64,000 bases of DNA from Nitrosopumilus sp. (GTDB lineage Archaea > Thermoproteota > Nitrososphaeria > Nitrososphaerales > Nitrosopumilaceae), in contig OZ242186.1 in assembly GCA_965205675.1 (NCBI GenBank), positions 448,001 through 512,000 on the forward strand, given 5' to 3'. This document shows positions 62,303 through 64,000 of this stretch, piece after piece. Both the position numbers and the translations under genes were made by a program. The notes under the pieces are model-generated. The model saw only the letters and a list, made by a program, of their open reading frames with translations, did no database searches and was not told the origin of the DNA. Numbering within the stretch: the stretch's first letter is position 1; the number at the start of each line of letters is the position of its first letter.

Positions 62303-63456
62303 TGTTGTTTTCACATATTTCCGATACACATTTGGGGTTAGTACAGTACGGTTCAGAAGAACGAGTACAGGATGTGTACGATGTATTTAATCAAGCAATA
62401 GATACATCAATCAAAGATCATGTAGATTTTACAATATTTGCAGGAGATATTTTTCATGTTCCAAATCCAAATGGAACTGCCATTATACAAATGGCAAATG
62501 GATTAAAAAGATTAAAAGAAAATAATATTGATTCATTTTTTATTTTAGGGGAACATGATATTAGTAGAATTAGAACAACGCCAATTCCATATGTATATCA
62601 TAATTTAGATTTTTCAAGATATATCGGTCAGGGCAATCCGATAGAATACAAAGGTATATTGTTGGCAGGTTTTGATAAAATAAGAAAAGCTGAAGTTTCA
62701 CAATATGAAGAAAAATTTACTGGAATAGACAATAAAATTAAAGATTATTCGGGTCATAAAATTTTAGTTTTACATCAAGGAATTACAGAGTTTAACAAGT
62801 TTGCAGGAGAATTACAATCCACAGATTTGCCAAAGAATTTTACATATTATGCAATGGGACATCTTCACGACAGAGACGTCAAACAATTCAATCACCTTAG
62901 TGGACCAGTAGCATATCCTGGTTCCACAGAATTAACAACAAGTGAAGGAATTAAAAATACAAAAAAAGGATTCTTCGAAGTAGATATTTCTGGAAAAGAT
63001 GCCCAGCCCAATTGGATAGAACTAGATGCAAGACCACAAATTTCATTCAAAACAGAATATCAAGAATTATCAAAAACAATAAAGGAAATTTCTGAAAAAA
63101 TAGTAATCGAAAGGAAAAAACCCATTGTGGAGATAAAAATCCAAGGCGAAAATATAGACACAGATCATATTCAGACACAAATTACCAGATTAAACTCATT
63201 GGTACTAAGATGTTTTTGGAGAATTAGTACAAAACATGTTTTAGATTCTTCAGTATTTCTTGACAGACCAAATGTCATAGATGATGAAATGTACAGATTA
63301 TCTGTTGGTGCATTAGGTTCAGAACAAACAGCCAAATTTGCAATCAAAGAATTGCTCCCAATTTTAGCCTCAGGCGAAATTAAAGAAGCATCACAAATTA
63401 TTTTTGAAAATTTTGAGAAATACAAAAAGGAGAAAAATCATGATTACATCAATTGA
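62302..63456 (+). CDS. mre11: Mre11 nuclease
   Basis: SDTHLG, GDIFH, GEHD, MGHLH, YPGS. Confidence 0.94.
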   Translation: MLFSHISDTHLGLVQYGSEERVQDVYDVFNQAIDTSIKDHVDFTIFAGDIFHVPNPNGTAIIQMANGLKRLKENNIDSFFILGEHDISRIRTTPIPYVYHNLDFSRYIGQGNPIEYKGILLAGFDKIRKAEVSQYEEKFTGIDNKIKDYSGHKILVLHQGITEFNKFAGELQSTDLPKNFTYYAMGHLHDRDVKQFNHLSGPVAYPGSTELTTSEGIKNTKKGFFEVDISGKDAQPNWIELDARPQISFKTEYQELSKTIKEISEKIVIERKKPIVEIKIQGENIDTDHIQTQITRLNSLVLRCFWRISTKHVLDSSVFLDRPNVIDDEMYRLSVGALGSEQTAKFAIKELLPILASGEIKEASQIIFENFEKYKKEKNHDYIN

Positions 63457-64000
63457 GCTAGGGGATTTTCTATCACATTCAAATACAAAATTGGAATTTC
63501 AAAAAGGGGTTACGGTTTTTGTAGGAGATAATGGTGCAGGAAAATCAAGTATAATAGACGCAATTACATTTGGATTATTTGGTCAACATACAAGAAAATC
63601 AAACAAAAGTTTGATTAAAAGAGGTTCAAATCAAGGATTTGCAAAAATAGGATTTTTGATTAACGATAAACAATTTGAAGCAGTAAGAAAAATAGATAGC
63701 AAAGGAACACTTACTGCAACATTTGCAGAAATAATAAACGAGAAACGTGTTGAGTTGGCTGCAGGAGAGAGAAAACAATTCGAGGAATCAATGACACAGG
63801 AAATTGAAAAAACCATAGGTTTAGATTTTAAAAAATTAAAAATTGCATCAATTGTTCAACAAGGGGAATTAAATACAATAATTAATGCAAAACCCAAAGA
63901 ATTCAAAGAATTACTTAATACGATTATAGGTATTGACAAGCTTGATGTAGCATCCGAATCAATGAAAACAATTAACAAAGAATTTAGAGAAAAAATCAGA
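63440..64000 (+). CDS. rad50: Rad50 ATPase, runs off the window
   Basis: MITSIELGDFLSH...GDNGAGKSSIIDAI...IVQQGEL. Confidence 0.93.
   Translation, partial: MITSIELGDFLSHSNTKLEFQKGVTVFVGDNGAGKSSIIDAITFGLFGQHTRKSNKSLIKRGSNQGFAKIGFLINDKQFEAVRKIDSKGTLTATFAEIINEKRVELAAGERKQFEESMTQEIEKTIGLDFKKLKIASIVQQGELNTIINAKPKEFKELLNTIIGIDKLDVASESMKTINKEFREKIR

Overview
AT-rich archaeal chromosome segment whose gene content and order point to an ammonia-oxidising Nitrosopumilaceae/Thaumarchaeota genome (inferred from AOA-type nirK, split metH, LysW-dependent Lys/Arg cluster, divergent ftsZ, stand-alone 5S rRNA, nurA-herA-mre11-rad50). Most of the window is housekeeping DNA. It is interrupted by many mobile-element remnants (IS110, IS630, IS5, IS481, two copies of a 140-bp MITE) and decaying genes, suggesting ongoing genome erosion. 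Main signals: (1) an intact IS110/IS1111-type recombinase with a structured 3' non-coding RNA whose outer stem co-varies in a second, diverged copy 23 kb away. The RNA has a 10-nt match to the element end, and the element is inserted just behind the stop codon of an IS630 element, so it is a candidate archaeal bridge/seekRNA system that may target another IS. (2) Two unannotated LysW carrier genes, one ending in EDWGQ instead of the catalytically required EDWGE. (3) A MITE with ANT target duplications, plus several small genes missed by the ORF track (rpl39e, two lysW, two zinc-finger proteins). All family calls come from motif recognition by eye; no searches were run.
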